Shown piece after piece: positions 61,300 through 64,000 of a stretch of DNA of 64,000 nt. How positions within the stretch are numbered: position 1 is the stretch's first letter; every line of letters starts with the position of its first letter. Source of the DNA: Candidatus Poribacteria bacterium (GTDB lineage Bacteria > Poribacteria > WGA-4E > JAJDTR01); NCBI GenBank assembly GCA_965222225.1, contig CBDCTK010000002.1, positions 4,832,001-4,896,000 on the forward strand, given 5' to 3'. Below the pieces are notes generated by a model. The model was not told the origin of the DNA and searched no databases. It was given only the letters and a program-made list of their open reading frames with translations. The position numbers and the translations under genes are program-made.

Positions 61300-62061
61300 A
61301 TGCAAGAATACGACGATCGAATTTGGTATGATGTAATGCAAGTCTGCATGGCAGGACATGTCATCACGTCTAAAGCAAAATCGCATCCCGAAGCTATGAA
61401 GCAACGCTGTCCAGAATGCGGAGCTAAAACCATAACACAATGCATAGAGTGCAATACTGAAATTCAAGGATATAAACATATACCACTCTTCGTACTCCCA
61501 GAATTGCGGACACCGCCGAAATTTTGCCACGAGTGCGGAGAGTCATATCCCTGGACAGCTGCAGAAGGGAAGCCTAACGTCGGGAGCCTACCTGCCAAAA
61601 CCGATCCAAAAACCAATGACGTGTTCATAGTGCACGGACATGACGAAGAGATGAAGCAGGCAGTAGCTCGTGCATTATCCCAAATTGGTTTAAACCCCAT
61701 TATCTTACACGAACAGCCAAATGGCGGCCAAACTGTTATTGAAAAATTTGAGAAGAATGCAGATGTTCAATTTGCGGTGGTTCTATTATCACCCGATGAC
61801 AAAGCATATTCCGTCTCCGATTCACTCAATTCCGCGAAGCTAAGAGCTCGGCAAAACGTCGTCCTTGAACTTGGATACTTTGTTGGGCGACTGAGTCGTG
61901 CGCGCGTATTCACGTTGAAACAGAGCGATGAGTTGGAGATTCCTAGCGACATTAGTGGGATAATGTACACTCAATATGACGAGAAAGGGCATTGGCGTTT
62001 CGAACTTATCCGCGAATTGAAGGAGGTCGGATACGATGTTGATGCTAATGATTTGTTATAG
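61300..62061 (+). CDS. DUF2321 double zinc ribbon fused to a CAP12/Pycsar-type TIR-like domain
   Basis: QVCMAGHVIT, CPECG, CIEC, FCHECGESYPWT; then VFIVHGHDE, IILHEQPN, LLSPDD, RARQNVVLELGYF, PSDISG. Confidence 0.85.
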   Translation: MQEYDDRIWYDVMQVCMAGHVITSKAKSHPEAMKQRCPECGAKTITQCIECNTEIQGYKHIPLFVLPELRTPPKFCHECGESYPWTAAEGKPNVGSLPAKTDPKTNDVFIVHGHDEEMKQAVARALSQIGLNPIILHEQPNGGQTVIEKFEKNADVQFAVVLLSPDDKAYSVSDSLNSAKLRARQNVVLELGYFVGRLSRARVFTLKQSDELEIPSDISGIMYTQYDEKGHWRFELIRELKEVGYDVDANDLL

Positions 62062-62196
62062 AAATGGGCTAGGACGATTACTTATCCGTCCAATGGACCT
62101 GACGACGGGTAGTTCCGTCTTCTCAATTATGTCGAGGTGATTGAACGATTGGTAAAGTAGAACGTCCTCTTACCCCATTCATGAGTTAAAACCACA

Positions 62197-62619
62197 ATGC
62201 ATGATGAAATGAACAACGCATTTGAATCGCTGTATTCGGATGATTCCTTTGCATTGGAATTGGGAAGATTCGTACTTTCTGCTAGCAGGTTCGAGGCAAT
62301 ACTGAAAAAGTTTCTCCAAGCAAAGGCCGATGGTTCAAAATTGGAGAAAGCGTCGATGGGTGGATTGTTGACGAAGTTGAAGAATTCTCAGTATATAGGC
62401 TGCACACTTGACTATCATCTGTCATTCATACTGCAACAACGAAACTATTTTGTTCACCAATTGTACGACCGGTTAACAGGTTTCACGTTGGACAGAACAG
62501 AAGTCAATCAGTTTCGCAATCGTGTGAAAGGTTTACAGGACGAGCTAGATAGTTTTGCCAAATTATTCGAAGAAGCTCTACAAAATCAAGCGGAAAAAGC
62601 TGCCGGAGTTGTCCAGTGA
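62197..62619 (+). CDS. Small HEPN-like protein
   Basis: All-helical, LGRFVL....FE, SMGGLL and RNYFVH (RxxxxH). Confidence 0.6.
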   Translation: MHDEMNNAFESLYSDDSFALELGRFVLSASRFEAILKKFLQAKADGSKLEKASMGGLLTKLKNSQYIGCTLDYHLSFILQQRNYFVHQLYDRLTGFTLDRTEVNQFRNRVKGLQDELDSFAKLFEEALQNQAEKAAGVVQ

Positions 62620-62810
62620 CGCGGCATCCTACTACGGGGTGTGTGATTAACCCACGAATCACCGAACTCAAAGTCGCGGACTTTCAAAGACGTAAGCTCG
62701 TACACTGAAATATCAAACTTTGATCCGCTTGATGCAATGTACAAAAATTAGGAAATTTCCGCGAATCTGAGGTAAGAATACCTTAGATTATTCAGGGAGG
62801 ACTTCAAACT

Positions 62811-63476
62811 GTGGAATCAGCCAAGAACACAGGAAAAGGAGCACTGATTGAAAGAATACGAGACCTTATTGAGAACAAGGATATCGCCGACCCGTTAGTC
62901 TACCATGAAATTGACGCCCTAGTCCGGTCAGTTCTTTACGACACTCTCGGTGCCAACCATCCGCTCATGGCCAATCGAGATGGTGAGGACTTTTTTAAAT
63001 TCGTCGCCGCTGGTCGAGGCGTGATTCACCTATATGAGACAGATGAGCTGAGAAGTCATCCACTCGCAATCGCTCACGAGATTGAGGGAGATATTCTCGA
63101 CATCGCCGAGGAAAGGCTCAAAGCGTCCGAGAACAGCGAGGAACCAACGCAAAAGCAATTGCTCCTTGCGATTGCCGCATTTCTGACTGGTGCCGCTCTT
63201 GAAGACGCGTTGAGACGAATGTGCGACGCGCGTGGTCTAGATTACAATCGGCAGCACTCAACGATTTGTAAATTAAGTAGCTTGCTCTATCAACCGAAGG
63301 AAGGGATTAAGGTAATCACGGTATCCGAGAATGATTACCTCACCGCTTGGGCTAAGACGCGGAATAACGCCGACCATGGCCATTTTAACGAAATTACCCA
63401 AAAGGAAGTTAAGGGGATGATTGATGGTGTACGAGGATTTATTGATAAGCATCTCCTTTGGAAAAATGACAAATAA
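62811..63476 (+). CDS. HEPN (DUF4145-like) domain protein
   Basis: AAFLTGAALEDALRRMC and RNNADHG (RxxxxH). Confidence 0.7.
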   Translation: MESAKNTGKGALIERIRDLIENKDIADPLVYHEIDALVRSVLYDTLGANHPLMANRDGEDFFKFVAAGRGVIHLYETDELRSHPLAIAHEIEGDILDIAEERLKASENSEEPTQKQLLLAIAAFLTGAALEDALRRMCDARGLDYNRQHSTICKLSSLLYQPKEGIKVITVSENDYLTAWAKTRNNADHGHFNEITQKEVKGMIDGVRGFIDKHLLWKNDK

Positions 63477-63497
63477 CCAGCAACGAATACCTCACTC

Positions 63498-64000
63498 ATG
63501 ATAACAAAAACCAACTTGAAAGATGTGCTCAAATCGCTCGGTTTCACCGAGGACGGTGACGTTTCCCAAAAATCCATTGGTGAAGCGGACTTAAAAGTTG
63601 ATTTTGCCAGCCAGCAAGTCATTTACCCTGAAGATAAGGGGCTGATAGTCAATGAACGCCAAACGTGCAACTTCCGATCAAACGAGAATTTCGTCGTGTT
63701 TGAGTGTGTTCATCGACTTTTAGAAAAAGGATATAAGCCCAAACATTTAGAACTAGAACCTAAATGGCGAGTCGGACGCGGTCCAAGCGGTGGTCGGGCA
63801 GACATATTGGTAAAGGACCAAGAAAACAATCCACTGTTAATTATTGAATGCAAAACGCCAGGTCGTGAATTTGACAGGGCCTGGCGAGATACCCAAGAGA
63901 ACGGTGGCCAACTGTTCACGTACGCCCAACAAATCGCACAAACTCAATACCTATGCCTTTACGCGTCCAATTTAACGGAAAACGACATTCGCATCACCCA
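63498..64000 (+). CDS. Type IIG-like fused restriction-modification enzyme, N-terminus (runs off the window)
   Basis: Not in the ORF track. Reads MITKTNLKDVLKSLGF...ENFVVFECVHRLLEKGYKP.HLELEPKW...GGRADILVKD...LIIECKT...GGQLFTY, a PD-(D/E)xK nuclease N-terminus resembling Campylobacter Cj1051c-type enzymes. Confidence 0.85.
   Translation, partial: MITKTNLKDVLKSLGFTEDGDVSQKSIGEADLKVDFASQQVIYPEDKGLIVNERQTCNFRSNENFVVFECVHRLLEKGYKPKHLELEPKWRVGRGPSGGRADILVKDQENNPLLIIECKTPGREFDRAWRDTQENGGQLFTYAQQIAQTQYLCLYASNLTENDIRIT

Noticed and set aside
56694-63476. Integron cassette array (co-oriented unrelated genes; ATCTAAC at the rnhA stop)
   Set aside because: No matching GTTRRRY ends or repeated attC structure seen, and no integrase in the window.
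172-63919. Numerous short antisense and alternate-frame ORFs in the track
   Set aside because: They overlap well-supported genes and lack motifs, except those used above to reconstruct frameshifted genes.

Overview
Bacterial chromosomal window. The gene content (many Gfo/Idh/MocA, amidohydrolase, PhyH, LamG, TPR, ankyrin and CRTAC1/ASPIC-UnbV genes) resembles Candidatus Poribacteria or a related lineage; this is an inference, as no marker gene is present. Layout: (1) 1-25.3 kb, catabolic enzymes, an IS5/IS1031-type element with a nonsense mutation, and a decaying aminotransferase-amidohydrolase-SSS operon. (2) 25.3-27.1 kb, a mobile-element hotspot with a LamG pseudogene, an IS701-like remnant and two tandem MITEs separated by TTA duplications. 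(3) 27-33 kb, a TPR + CRTAC1 operon. (4) 34-39 kb minus strand, an operon with a sigmaE-type promoter encoding two FGG/RGG-rich exported proteins, a WXXGXW pseudogene, a GspC-like protein and a GspD secretin with three FG-repeat loops, but no other T2SS genes. (5) 41-54 kb, a porin-urtABCDE-ureDABC urea operon with a sigma54 promoter and a palindromic upstream site, split between urtD and urtE by an internal sigma70 promoter, an ABC-ATPase/TOPRIM gene and a four-helix-bundle gene with complementary flanks. (6) 56-64 kb, a probable defence island with a HicAB-like pair, GIY-YIG nuclease, a DUF2321 zinc-ribbon-TIR fusion, HEPN-like genes and the start of a type IIG R-M gene. The best novelty candidates are the FG-loop secretin operon, the zinc-ribbon-TIR/HEPN cluster, the modular MITE family and the stem-flanked four-helix gene. 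I saw no rRNA, tRNA or CRISPR array. All family assignments are motif recognition by eye, not database searches.
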